The notes: generated by a model not told the origin, from the letters alone. A stretch of DNA of 64,000 nucleotides from Vitrella brassicaformis CCMP3155 (GCA_001179505.1 CDMY01000369.1:1-64000), one strand, 5' to 3'; counted from the stretch's first letter, positions 44,566 to 57,500 are shown. Made by a program: numbers and translations.

Positions 44566-46949
44566 ATGAAGTTCGGCAAGCGTATTCGCGAGGCCGCCCG
44601 CAAGTCGTCGGGCCATTACTACATCGACTACAAATCACTCAAAAGACTCGTCAAGCGCATCAGGACAGCAGTCGAGTCAGAGCTGCTGACTCAGACGTGC
44701 GAAGCGCCGAGTGATCCGTCAGCCGCTATGCACCCGGAGGGAGGACACACGCTCAACGAAGCGTTCGAACAACAACTCGAGCTCGAGATTCAGAAGGTGA
44801 CGAGGCAACACGCCAGTGATTCCTTTGATCACCCTCTTGTGCGTATGTTCAGGTGGAAGACGACTTCAGGAGGGCGCTGTCGGCTCTGCAGGCCCGCTAT
44901 GACCGGCTGAAGGCCCGGCTGGACCAGCTGCACGCCGACAGCAACTGTCTTCCCCCGCACAACCACACCGGCAGCAGCAGCAGCAGCGACACAACAGCGC
45001 CGCCGCAGGCACAGCTGTCAACCGAGGTCGTTGGCGACTTCGATCAGTTCCTCAGCCTCCTCACGACCTCTGGCTACCCCCAGTGGTGTCTCGATCTTTT
45101 TGGCGAGATACGTGACTTGTCGCGGGCTTTCGACCAGCTCAGGAAAGCCGTCGTGTGGAACAGCATCGCGGTTGCCAAGATCCTCAAGAAGCGGCGCAAG
45201 AACACCCCCTACGGCCACACGCGGCAGGCTTCCTACTACCTCTTGACGCGCGAGTTCTACACCGGTCCGCAGCTGGCGGCCCTTGTGACGGGGCTAGACT
45301 GCATGGTAGAGGAGGTGATGCTGCTGGTGACCGGGAGACCAATCAACCGAGACAGCTATGAGTGCCCCATCTGCTATGAGACGCTCAAATCGCCTGTGGT
45401 TCTGCCATGTACGCACACAGAGAGGAGGGAACAGGGGATGGGATGACTGAAGTCGCGCATTCCCTGGTGTGTGTGTGTGTGTGTGTGTCAGGTTCGCACC
45501 GATTCTGCCTGCGGTGTCTGGCCAAGGCGGCGGAGAGCTTCGAGGCCTGCCCGCTGTGTCGGCGGTACATCGAGCCTGAGCTGGTGACCGTGGATGAGGG
45601 GCTCGAGCGGTTCGTCAAGAGGCACTTCCTCGCGCACACACACATACAGCTGCCACCGCCACGTACGCGACAGACAATCTGCAGAACACACACACTAGGA
45701 AACCATCACACACGCGGGCACACGCTTCTCTTATCTGTTTCTCTCACCAGGTGCAGTACGCCAATCTGCCGCCACTCGAGCATTCGAGTCGATATCGTGG
45801 GTGCCGTCCTTCATCGTCATGGCGGTGGTGCGCGTTTTGTCCTTCATCATGGCTAGACTCCTCATCGCGCCGCTCACCGCACTCATCGCCATGCGCCCAT
45901 GGCACCACCAGCAGCGACCAGCCGATATCGACCCAGCCAAGCAGGACAGAGGCGACGCCGAGACCGAGATCGGCCCTCCCGTGCGTCTGGCCGCCCACCG
46001 GCCCTCCCCTCTGACCCTGCCAAAGGCTGCGGTTGCCGATGGCGGCAATGAGCGTTTGGTGCGCGAGTGGCGCGTGGCCGAGAGCCCCTCACCCCCTCGC
46101 TACGCCCACCGCCACGACAACCGGACCGGCCAACGAGTGTCCTGGAAGAGCGACGAGAACGAGCCCACCACGCCGCCCAGCTCCCATTCCCCGCCCATCC
46201 TCATCCACCGATGCACCAGTGGGCGTGAGGGTGGCGAGCCAACCTCGGCGAGGAGCGCCGATCCCCATGAGGGCGTGAGCAGCCCCAGCGAGAAGCTGCG
46301 GTGGTTTGTGAGCCGCCAGGGTCTCGAGAAGAGGGGGCTGCGGCGGTACCACACCAATCCTGAGTCGGCCAAGGTGCGTGTGCCGGAGGGTTTGGCGGCA
46401 TCGGATGGGGGGGTGTCACCCAAGTATGTGTCGAGCGCTACGCCGCTGATGGAGGATAGCGCACAGGTACGTAGCTGCGACACACAGCACAGCACACGGA
46501 CCACTGGTTAGTACTCATGGGTGGACACTCTTGTCTCTCTCTGTGCTGTGTGACGTGTGTGTGCAGCCATGGAGCCCCAGCACCCCGACAGAGCAGTCGC
46601 CTCGCCGGATGGTTCACCGGTCCGCCTGCCACCTCCTGCCTCCCACCCACCCCTCCGTCCACTCAGAAACGGACACCTACCACTCCTGTCTGTCGGCATC
46701 CCCGTCCATCCACTCCAACCATTCTCACCACCACCATCAGCCGGCCATCATATCCTGTGTCAGCAGCGTCGCGTCGATGGACGGCGAGTGGCCGGAGGGG
46801 CTTCCGTGGCCGCCGGTGGAGGGCTGCGTCACGAGCGATCAGCAGTACGCCATCATCAAAAGGCTCAACTACATTCTCAGACATGGCGCGCCACACCTGG
46901 TGAGAGAGCGAACGCATGCTCCCGCCGACATCTATCGGCATCATATGGG

Positions 46950-46981
<32 letters not shown>

Positions 46982-48056
46982 CAGGGATTGCCGATGCGCG
47001 AGGACGGGTACGTCCGTGTGTGTGAGCTGTTGGCTCTCGAGGAGATGCAGGGCGTCACCACGGAGATCATGCAGGAGGTGGTGAAGACCTGTCACAAGCG
47101 GCGGTACGAGGTGCGGGAGGACGCCCACGAAGGCCCGCTCATCCGCGCCACCCAGGGGCACACCATCCGGCAGCTGCGGACCGACAGGGCACTGCAGAAG
47201 ATCATCTCACCGGAGGAAATACCCGTCTGTGTGCACGGTGAGTGGAGTGAGTGAGCAAAGGGCGGCATACCAGGACATGCACGCACAGCAGAGCACAATG
47301 GGGTTGTGTGTGATCGCTTCGGTTGGTTCTCTGCTTCAGGCACGTACATGCGGAATTGGCTGGGTATCCGACTTCTGGGGCTGCACCGCATGAGCCGCAA
47401 TCACATCCATTTCGCCCCCGGGTTGCTTGACGCCCGCGAGGTAATAAGCGGCATGCGTCGGTCGAGCGAGGTGGCCATCTACATCAACACACACCAGGCC
47501 ATGCACGACGGCATCACCTTCTTCCGGTCATCCAACAACGTCATTCTCACCGAGGGGCTGCAGGGCGCACTGCCGCCCAGATACTTCTCCACAGTCCGAC
47601 AGCTGCAGGTACGCTGGCTGCAAACAACTAACTAAAGGAGTTGGGAGCGGGAGAGGGAGAGAGACCTCTGTGTGCTGTGCTGTCTGTGGTCTCTGTGTGT
47701 GTGTAGTGGGATGTGGACCTGTGGAGGGACGGCGTGGACCTGACTGAGCAGTACCTCGATCGCTTGTCGGGTGATGGTGGTGGGGTGCAGCCCCATGACG
47801 GCGGCCACGGCCACGGCCTGCCTGCCTCGCTGCCACCGGCCGAGGAGGTGTTTGTGAGCCAGCTCAAGCAGGAGGTGGAGTCGGTGCACTCCAGCCCTTT
47901 CAACCCGGGATTCATCGCGGTCAGTCAGTCAGTGCAGAAAGGACCGATTGATTACGTGTGTTTGTTGTGTCTTTGTTTGTTGGTGTGCGCCATCAGGTTG
48001 TGAACAGTTCGTTGGCAAAGGAGGTGGACGAGCTGGTGCCGCTGGACGATGACTGA
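44566..48056 (+). CDS. SPX - C3HC4 RING - Tpt1/KptA (tRNA 2'-phosphotransferase) fusion protein, ~933 aa, 9 exons
   Basis: Exons 44566-44796, 44853-45408, 45492-45662, 45751-46466, 46567-46899, 46985-47237, 47340-47608, 47707-47919 and 47997-48056 are all GT-AG and phase-compatible. SPX: MKFGK, YIDYKSLKR, AVAKILKK. RING: CPICYETLKSPVVLPCSHRFCLRC...CPLCR. Tpt1: ILRHG, KRRY, IRATQGH, HGT, RMSRNHIHF, SGMR, SSNNVILTEG. Confidence 0.88.
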
Positions 48057-49610
48057 TTGCATTGCGTGGCAGACAGGACAGACAGACAGACAGACAGATG
48101 GACCGCGACCGGGCGAGGGCCCACTCGTTTCAGTCCACTGCACTGTGTACGTGTAGACAGGCAAGACAGACAGACAGACAGACAGGTTGGTTAGTTGGTT
48201 GACGGGCTATTTGGGCCGTCCTGTGGTCACTTGGTTCTTGCTAGCTGCTGATACTTACACCTACCGTCCGCACGTTCTCCAATCGCGCTCACGTCGCCAT
48301 CCAAGTGCTGCGTCGTCGCCATCTCGCGTCGCTGCGGTGCTTGGATGCGGGTGTTACCGCTCTTGGAGGTGTGCGTGGTGCTTGGACAGCAGAGGCTGGT
48401 TGTCGTGTCTGTCGATCGGTGGCTGTCTGTCTGTTTTCCGTAGTAGGTGCTGTGGCTGGCTATTTTTGTCGTGAAACACTCATGCCATCCTTGGATGATG
48501 TGTATGTGTATATGTATGTGTATTGCTGGCCGACAGGCTGGCTGGCTGGCTGACTACCCATTTGCTCAAAACGCTACTCGCTCTCTCCTTCCCTGCCTCC
48601 CTGCCTCCCTGCCTGCAGAAATACCTGACAGGTATCTAACGAAGGCGCGATAGTCAACAGACATGGACGCTTTTGCCTTTCTCGCTATAGGGATGTTCCC
48701 TCTGGGGTGGTTTTCTGACTCGCCGACAGACGCACAGACAGAGAGACAGACAGACAGACAGACAGGCACTGTTTGAACCAACCATTTGAGTGTACGATCG
48801 CGACCGGATGGATGGATGGGTGGGTGGGTGGGTGACACGCATTAATGAGGGTATTTTTCTTGCCTTCTCTTCTTGTTGTTGTTTGTGTGGCCGTCGAGCT
48901 GCGACGCCTGTTGGCTGTATTGTATAGAAACAAGCAATCGGATCGAATCTGTTTTGCCCATATGTACGTATATACCTACTTGCTCATGCTTTACACACAT
49001 GTACACCCATTATATATTATCCTATCGGTTTTGCTCTGTCTACCTGTCTGTCCGTCTCTCTCTCTCAACACTAACACTGACTGCATGGCGAGAGCCGAGC
49101 GAGTAGTGAGTGATTGAGCGACCATGTCACGTTGTCAATTCATCCTACCATCCTCTCCTCCCACCGCACCCTTCAGTGCATCCATGAGTGTACTATAGGC
49201 CACCAACCATCCATCCATCCAGACAGACAGACAGACAGACCCGACAGAGAGAGAAAGGAGACATACTACACACAAGTACTTGCTTGCTGACCTGCAGCCT
49301 TACTGTCATCCATCCCATCATGTGTGTCGGTTTTGTTTATGGTGCGTGCACTTGGCTGACGAAGGATTGGTCCCATGTTTCCTAACGTGACATGACAGTG
49401 TGGCGTTCGGGCAGGAGTTCCGTTAAACCTCGGCTCGAGGAGTCAGAGAGGAGCGCAGGTTCCTCCGCAACGAAGCAGCTTGAAGGGCCGGTTGCACTCG
49501 ACATCAGCCACCGACGCATCGTCACTCAGTGGATCGTCACTGCTGCGCCAGTGCTTCGTCACTCTCCCAGAATCCGAGCGGATCTGTCACATGCATCAAT
49601 CTTTCCGAGA

Positions 49611-50997
49611 ATGAGCACATCCCGGGCTTTTGTCAGCCTCTTGCTGATCTTGCCGCTGACGGCTCTCGCCTTCCGCTTGCCCCGTCCCATCGCCAAGCGA
49701 TTGTCGCACTCCTCCCGCCCTCCCACAAGACAGCCTCTCGCACAAGAAACGGCCACTCCCACAGCAAACGACGATGTGCAGTCTCTCAAGAAGCCGCCTG
49801 ACATCGGCAGGCACAGTGCTTGGACGTATTCGGAAGGCAGTCATTCCGGCGCGTCTCGTGAGGGCCATCAGCCACTTGGACAAGGACGAGACGTCATATC
49901 AGAATCAGGTGCTGGAAATGTCTCGGGTATTGGACTCCTTCACCTTTTGCGAACTCAGCAACGACTACGACTTCTACGCTGGGTCCATACTCGCGGCCTT
50001 CGTCGGACAGGCGATGTGGAGCAGCGGCTGGGAGGAAGGCTGGACTTGCATGTGAGTGNNNNNNNNNNNNNNNNNNNNNNNNNNNNNNNNNNNNNNNNNN
50101 NNNNNNNNNNNNNNNNNNNNNNNNNNNNNNNNNNNNNNNNNNNNNNNNNNNNNNNNNNNNNNNNNNNNNNNNNNNNNNNNNNNNNNNNNNNNNNNNNNNN
50201 NNNNNNNNNNNNNNNNNNNNNNNNNNNNNNNNNNNNNNNNNNNNNNNNNNNNNNNNNNNNNNNNNNNNNNNNNNNNNNNNNNNNNNNNNNNNNNNNNNNN
50301 NNNNNNNNNNNNNNNNNNNNNNNNNNNNNNNNNNNNNNNNNNNNNNNNNNNNNNNNNNAGTGGGTGGGTGGGTGGGTGGGTGGGAGGATGGGTGGGCGTG
50401 ACACACGGACAGTACCTGCCTGTGCGTGTGTTTGTGTACGAATGTTTGTGTGTGTGTTTCAGACGCACCGAAGAGGAAGGCGTGCAGCAGCAGATTGAAG
50501 CCTTGGGAAAGATCGTTAGCGAGAGACCTCTCAATCGGGTGAGTGCGGGGAGAGAGAGAAACGCACTGACTGGCAATGATGCTTCCTTCATTGGTTGGTG
50601 ATCCGTCCGGTATGTGCGCTCGTGCGTGCGTGTGTGTGTGTGTGTGTGCAGTTGGTCGACCACAAGCTGCGTGTGATGGTTGACGCACACAAGCAGTGCT
50701 GCAAAGACGACCGAACGTTCACCGAATTCTACACAGAAATGGTTCAGGAGCTGTGTTACAAACGTACGAACAAACGAACGGGCTCGATAGATCCACATGT
50801 CGATCTTAAGATGCGCGTCATCTCTCTCTCTCTCTCCCCGTGTGTGTTGGCCTTCCTGGTCGGATGCATCAGCTGAGCACAGGTTGATGACACTCGTGGG
50901 ATCCCCGATCTGTCTCACCATGCCACAAGACGATTTCTGCTGTGCCATGGTCACTGAGCAACACACACACACACGCACACACACACTCTCACACACA

Positions 50998-51028
<31 letters not shown>

Positions 51029-51165
51029 CAGTGCGTGTGTGTGGCGTGCAGGATGTCATCTGTGGGTCGCTCGGTTGGGGGACATGGCGAAAGAAGCTCA
51101 CGGACGAAGAGCGTCAGGCCATCTACAAGGCGGCTGGCGCTTCAGGAGCTGGGGTGGTCGGTTGA
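49611..51165 (+). CDS. Hypothetical protein with a signal peptide plus transit-peptide-like leader (probably plastid-targeted); spans an assembly gap
   Basis: MSTSRAFVSLLLILPLTALA-FRLPRPIAKRLSHSSR, with downstream coding-like exons ending ...AGVVG* at 51165. Confidence 0.55.
50059..50358. other. Assembly gap (300 N)
   Basis: Run of n. Confidence 1.
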
Positions 51166-51577
51166 GAATGGGGCGTGGAAGTTTTAGAAACAGCCTCCGT
51201 GATCCAGACGGCCATGACGACGTCAGACAGGCAGGGAGATCGTATGGTGTGCAGTTTACTTCGTAGTGGCCTGCGGCTTTTTGGGTTGTGCCCATGGGAT
51301 GCGGCCGATGCTGACTGTAGAGTGACTGCACAATAGCTACGGGGAGGGACTGTGAGTCCGATTTGTACAGTGTGTGTATAGCTAGGGAACGGACGGCAAC
51401 AAAGGTGATCTTTGCATCCCCCGCGTAAGAGAGTGAGTGACATGCAAAGCAAAGCCTGCCGGCAAAAGTGACCCTGACACACACCGATCGACCAGCAGAT
51501 ACCACACCCCCATCGCCAGCAGCAACCAACCCACAGAAGTGGCAACCAACACCCCCATACCCACCAGCAAAGCCGCA

Positions 51578-54400
51578 TCAGTGTCGCTTCAGCCGCCTCT
51601 TCTGCGCCGAGTGTCTATGCCCCAGCAGCAGTTGTATCTGAGTCGCCGTCGGGTCGGGCATCATCTCATCGTAATGCGAGTGCTCCTCACTCCCCCGGCT
51701 GCCCCGGCTCTGAGCCACGCTATGCCACTCGTGCATGGCAATGCTCTGCCGACGCCTCTGCTGCGGATAACCCACCCCCACTGTCACAGCACCAGGTGGC
51801 AGCGGCGGTCTCGCGGGCGGCATAACGTAGTGGGGGTGGGGAAAAGGCTGGTGGGGATAAGGGTAAGGGTGGCCACTGGTAGTACTAGGCGGATAGACAT
51901 TATCCGGCCTCCCCCTCCCCCCACCGCCCCCGATGCTGCTCGATGAAGATGGCAGGTTCAGGGGTGGCACCAGAGGCCTGGCCCTCTCTGATGGGCCGAG
52001 GTGAGGGGTCCGCAGGACAACCGGCCGCAGCTGGGGCGACAAATCAGCGTTGTCCAGGATGACCGAGCCCATCTTGCTGATCTCCCCCAGGAGCCGCTTC
52101 CGCCCCTCTGAGAAGGAAGGGGAAGCGGCGGTCGCGCGAATGACCAGAGGGGAGCCGCCGGCCAGGCCCTCTCCTTCCTCTGCCTCTCCGAAGATGGGTG
52201 TGGGCTGCGGGTGGGGGGATGTGGGTGGAGACGAGAAGGAGCTTCTTGCAGCGTCATCAGCAGCAGCGTCGGAATCGGCATCCGGTGGTGGTAGTGATGG
52301 TAATGGTCCTCCTCTAGAGCTTGACGCAAGAGAGCTTCTCCTGCTGCGTGTGGAGTAGTGCATCGAGCTCCTGGGCGTGAAATGCGCGGGAGTCAGGCAC
52401 GACAGGCAGCTGCTCTGCCGCTGCGCATCCCGCGGCCGCAGGCTCTTCGGAGAAAGAACAGCCGAGGGCCGCGCCGAACCCGCCGCACCCATGCTGTCGA
52501 CGTCCTCTCCCCCTGGCTCTTGTTCGTCTCCTTCCCTTTCGGACAAGCTGCCTGTAGATGACCGCCTCCTCTGGTAGCCCATCATCAGATCCGATGCGCG
52601 TCGGTTCTCAAATTGGTGGTCTTTGGCTAAGGGGGATGGGGCGCGGAATGTGGGGAAGGCACTTGCTCGTCGCTGCTGCTCGGCGGTGGGTGTGGGTGGC
52701 GCGCTCACTTCGATTTGGTTTGTCGGCTGCCGGCTGATGACACAGCTGACTGGGAATGTGCGCGTGTTGAGACCGAAGGAGACGTCAGACGCGTCGAGAC
52801 ACTCAACCAAGGCCAGGTGCACCTGACAAAAAAAAGCCGTGTCTCTCTCTCTTTATGACCTGTCTCTCTCGCCTAATCTACCTTGTGCAGACACCATCTG
52901 AAGAAGAGGTCCTCGTGGCCACAGATGTAGAAGACCACCTCGTACCGATAAAAGTACTCCTCAATCTCCATCAGCCACACACCAGCGCACTCCGCCACCT
53001 CCTGCACGGACTCGACAGCCACTCGGCATGATGTGGGGATGCGTCGCAGCTGGGAGAGGGGCGTAGACAGGGCCACACGCAGATCAACCTGAATCCGGCG
53101 CTTCCGGCAGTCGGTGAAGCTCTGGATGCCGCAACGCCACACCTCTGAGTTTGGGACGATGAGCAATTGCCCTGCAGGATGGGGAACAGTGGTCAAGAGG
53201 GATTTTTGCCTCTGTGTCTCTGTGTGTATGTGTGGTGTCCTGTCCAGGGGACCTTCATTGATCAGACGCACACGTGTGCTGCGGATGCCGATGTGCTCCA
53301 CGATGCCGCACTGTGCCTGCGGCCTGCCCCCGCCCGACTCATTGTTGATGTTGATGGCTATCTTATCGCCCACGGCAAACCACCGGTCACCCACCACACT
53401 CAGTGTCGCAAAGATGTCTCCTATCACGTTCTGGCTCGCAATGCCCACTGTCAGGCCTGTGAGACCGAGACCGCCAAGCAAGTACGAGATATTGAAGCCC
53501 TGCGATACACGCCCACTTAGAATGGCAGAAAGCAATGGAGGACATTCATTGTGTTGGTACCGACCAGGCGGACAAGGGCGAACAGGCCAAATAGAAGCCA
53601 CAGGAAGAACCGAAGAAAGACCCCAACAAATTGAAATCCCGGCGACTCCTTCCTGTTGCTTTCAGAGTCTGTGTTGTCCTCCCCCTGTGAAATGCCGGAG
53701 CCCCTCCCCATGCCCGCCTCCTGCAGCTGCTCCATGATCTCATTGGCAGCCCTGCTCAACGGAGACACCAACTGATACCCTGCGGCGTACACAGAAACGT
53801 GGCAAAGGGCCGTGAGGTAGTTGCAGACGTGGCCATATACCTATGAGAATCGACAGCACAGCAGCGAGCTGTGACGCCAGTTGCGGCTCTCGGACGACCA
53901 GCAGCGATGGCAGCAGCAGACACACCACATACTCGAAAACCGACAGCTTTTCCACCCGTTTGGCTGTGGAAGGTCTGCTCACTCCACTCATCCATTTGGC
54001 CTGCAGATACTCTCTCGCCGGCACTGACTTGACATCACCAAGGGCTTCCCCAGCCCGTGACCGGCGCATCATTGTTGTGGACAGGGCGCCCCTGCGCCCC
54101 GAGGAAAAAGAGGGGGGCAGAAGGGCCCACGGAAAAAACACCCCAAACACACGGGCAAAAGCCGCGTCTTGGCTTTTGCCGAGCTGCTGCCCCAACACAC
54201 ACAGCAACCGCCGACATCTGAAGCACCCACACACAATGGGATGGAGCCTTTTGGCGCGGAGTGACTGTTTGCATATGTTTGGTTGCTCACTGTTGCCAGA
54301 GTTTCACGCAGAAGAAGACACTGATGACGTACACGATGAAGTCGATGTGGGAGTGGGAGGCGAGGCTGTTGAGGCCACGGATGAGGTGCTGGAGCGGCAT
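51578..54400 (-). CDS. Small-conductance mechanosensitive channel (MscS family) with a long disordered C-terminal tail
   Basis: LLGGLGLTGLTVGIASQNVIGDIFATL, FAVGDKI, GIVEHIGIRSTRVR and LLIVPNSEV, with upstream TM exons. The start is approximate. Confidence 0.9.
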
Positions 54401-54594
54401 CTTCTAGCCTAAGCAGGTGAGTCACGAGCGATTCGGCGTATGCCGACACGGTGATCTGAAGATTCTGAGTGAATCCACAGCAGCTGCATCGATGCTTGCG
54501 CGAAGGGGTTCGCTGAACTCGGCTTACGAGTACAGACTGGGGGCCATCAAGATGGGGGCTGGCCGATCCGATCTGCCAACGATCTTCGTTACCG

Positions 54595-57500
54595 ATGGAG
54601 GAGCTTGTCAAAAACATTCAGCGCGGCCAACGGCTCCAGAGTGTGGGCAACCATCTGATTTTCGTTGCGGGGGACAAGATCGGCCCGGAAGAGAAGGAAG
54701 AACTGAAGCGACATCTCAAGACCCAGCTCACAGACATCGTCAGCACTCCAGCGGCCCATGCTGTCCTACTGTCGGGTCCAGAGGGGAGCGGAAAGTCGTA
54801 TCTGAGCCGTACCGTCGCACAGATACTCGCCGGCGATGATTTTGCCGCGAAGGATGCCGGGGGCTCGTCTTCTTCATTCAGTCAGCGCATTTCAGCCTGC
54901 CTCTACATACTCGGTGAGGTGAAAAAGGCATATTCTTCACGGCATGCAACGGCATCTGTGTTATGCAGATTTTCTTGGATCCACGTGTCATTCGACGCCT
55001 AGTGGCGACTGTTTTTATCGGTCATCGTTCGGCCATCTCTGTCGCTTCTATGTTGACGCGGCGGGCAAAGTCACTGGAGCAGACCTTCGGACGTACCTGC
55101 TGCACGTCCCACGCGACTTCAACCTTCGAGTATTCCATGCGCTGCTCCACACTACAAGACATACACCAGCCGACAACCCGCTGAGGATGCGTGACAACTC
55201 ACATTACAGGCTTCCCGACGAGCCGTCCAGTTCAGAAGAGAAAGAGACGTCATGGGCCCTCTTCGAGCAGAGTCTTACCGTCCTGGGCTTCTCGTCAACG
55301 ATTCGGGCGGCACTTCTCTCCATTCTGTCGGCCATCTTTCTTCTCGGCTGTTCCCATCGTGTTGACGGCAGCGTTATGGATGATGTCCTGCATCTGCTGG
55401 GCATGGCAGTGGCAGAGGGGAGAGATCTCTTTGTAAGACTGTACGGCGAAGACGCTGATGGCAACCTGGGCGGCTTCAAGCATCCTTTCGACTTCCATTC
55501 GCCAGCCACGATTGCTCGCCATCTTTATCGGCGGCTCTTCCAATGGGTGACGAGCCAGACGAATTACGTGCTCAAGGATACGACGCCGCCACATGTCGGC
55601 ACATTGCTGGTAGTGGTGCCGCCCGGTTGGGAAGAGGGAGGGGAAGATGGGAAAGAAGCGGAACATGAAGACTTCTGCGAGTTCCGAAGGCTGATGGTCT
55701 TTTGTCTGTGGGAGAGACTGCTCCATTACTCTAGGCGACTCGTCCTGGGCCCGCCGCCATGCGTCTTTCAGGTGCGTTACAATGTAAGTGAATGGAAGGC
55801 CTGGCAGTCTATTCTGCGTCTCTCTGGACCCGTGCATTCAGCGTGGGCTTTTATCCTATTCGGGAACCCTCTTACAACTCTTCTCCAGTCCGCATGGTCT
55901 CCTCCCCTCTCTGCATCACTTTGCGTCCGAGGCTTTGCTACAAAGCCTGGACGCGCAGCTCAGGCCCTCACAACCCATGGCTCTCTCCGCATCCTCGCTC
56001 ATCACCGAGATAGCCGCTGGCATCAAGGACGGCCAGCGGACACTTCGGGCAGACGGGCCCACAATTGAGTGGCCGCGGACAACGAAGGCCTCGGACGCTT
56101 CGTTCGTTGTGCCGCATTCCAGGTATCAGTTCAAGAATGGGTCGTATCACTACCAGCTCAAGAAGCTTGTGGCGCCGATCAATGAGGGCGTCCCTTTGTG
56201 TGTCGCCGCCCTGTTGTCTTCGTCCTCGAATCCTGTGATACAACAGCTGTTTGCCCCGCGAAAAAGAGCCCCGTCGTCCCCGTTTCATCACGTCTCCCAC
56301 ATTACCGGCCGTGAGCGAGTCAGAGGTGAGCCCAGCTCCCTGCTGGCTCTCATGGAGAGCCAGATGTCTCACATCATCGGCCAGCTGCAGCTCTCTGGAC
56401 CGTCCCTGTCCCTCATCTTCTGTCTCCCACCACAAGGAGATGCGGGAGGAGACATCATCTCGATGTGCGAGAAGCTAGGCATTCCGGCCATCGTACAGCA
56501 CCAGCAGACCGACCTGCCCATCCCTTGTCGAGCGAGACACTTCCATCACATGTATGCCTTCCTATTTGATAACGAAGCTATCAACTCCCTCCCACCATCA
56601 ATGCGGCTCCTGACCGACACGGGTCCAGGGGATGGCAGTGTCGATCGCCTGCTCGAGCTGGGATATCGTCGACGGCTGTTGCCAAGGGACATTGATACCG
56701 CCCTGGGCGTTGTTGTGAGTGACCCACGTGGGCATGTAGTGTGCGTCAGCGCCGAGAAGGGAGACGAGCCTATTCCTTTTATGTCGTGGGTGAGAAAACA
56801 CAAAAGGCTGCTTGGTCTCTCTTTCCATGTCATTTCTTTGCAGGCCCTCCGATCGCATCTTGGACGGCTGCGGTCATATTTGACCGAGCATGAAGTGCCG
56901 ATCCATAGGGTAGCAGAGCCGCTCGCGCAGGAGCACGCCACCTACAGCTCATCTCTCGGCATAGGCACACTCGAGAAGCGGAAAGACGGCCACAAGCACA
57001 CTTTGTCACTCGCTGGCGAGGGGCCACCCGCATCGTCCAATCTGACATCTGGTGAGAAGATGGTCAAGAGAAGCATCCATTGACGTCGCTCATGTCTTTC
57101 AGTCGGCAGCAGCAACGAGGCTCTGGGGAGAGGAGTGCGGCTGCACATGACAGTGAGACGAGGGACAACCGACTCCACAATCGACATGCTGATCAGTCAA
57201 AGCACACTGAGAGGCGTCAGCAGGTCACGGCTCCACGTGCAGGTGAGCGAGTTTGTTGAGTAGCTCTGTTGCTGCATCGGTCTATCCCTTTGTCTGCAGG
57301 AAATACCAGCACCCTCCGAAGCGCCCTACATGCAGCTCTGTCTCGACGTCCATCCACCCAGTAAGATCGACAGAGACAACGCGCCGCTTCTCTGCCCGTC
57401 CAGCGTCGAGATAGCCCTGGAGTTTCGACGACTGATCAACACACACCTTGCTGATTGTCACCTCAATGACATGGGTACGGTAGGGGGACACAGAAAGAGA

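Noticed and set aside
46567-48056. Stand-alone Tpt1 gene starting at an internal ATG (e.g. MDGEWPEG, ~46777)
   Set aside because: The sequence upstream looks like a typical intron ending gtgtgcag and joins in frame to the SPX-RING exons with no stop, so the fusion is the more parsimonious model. It still needs transcript confirmation.
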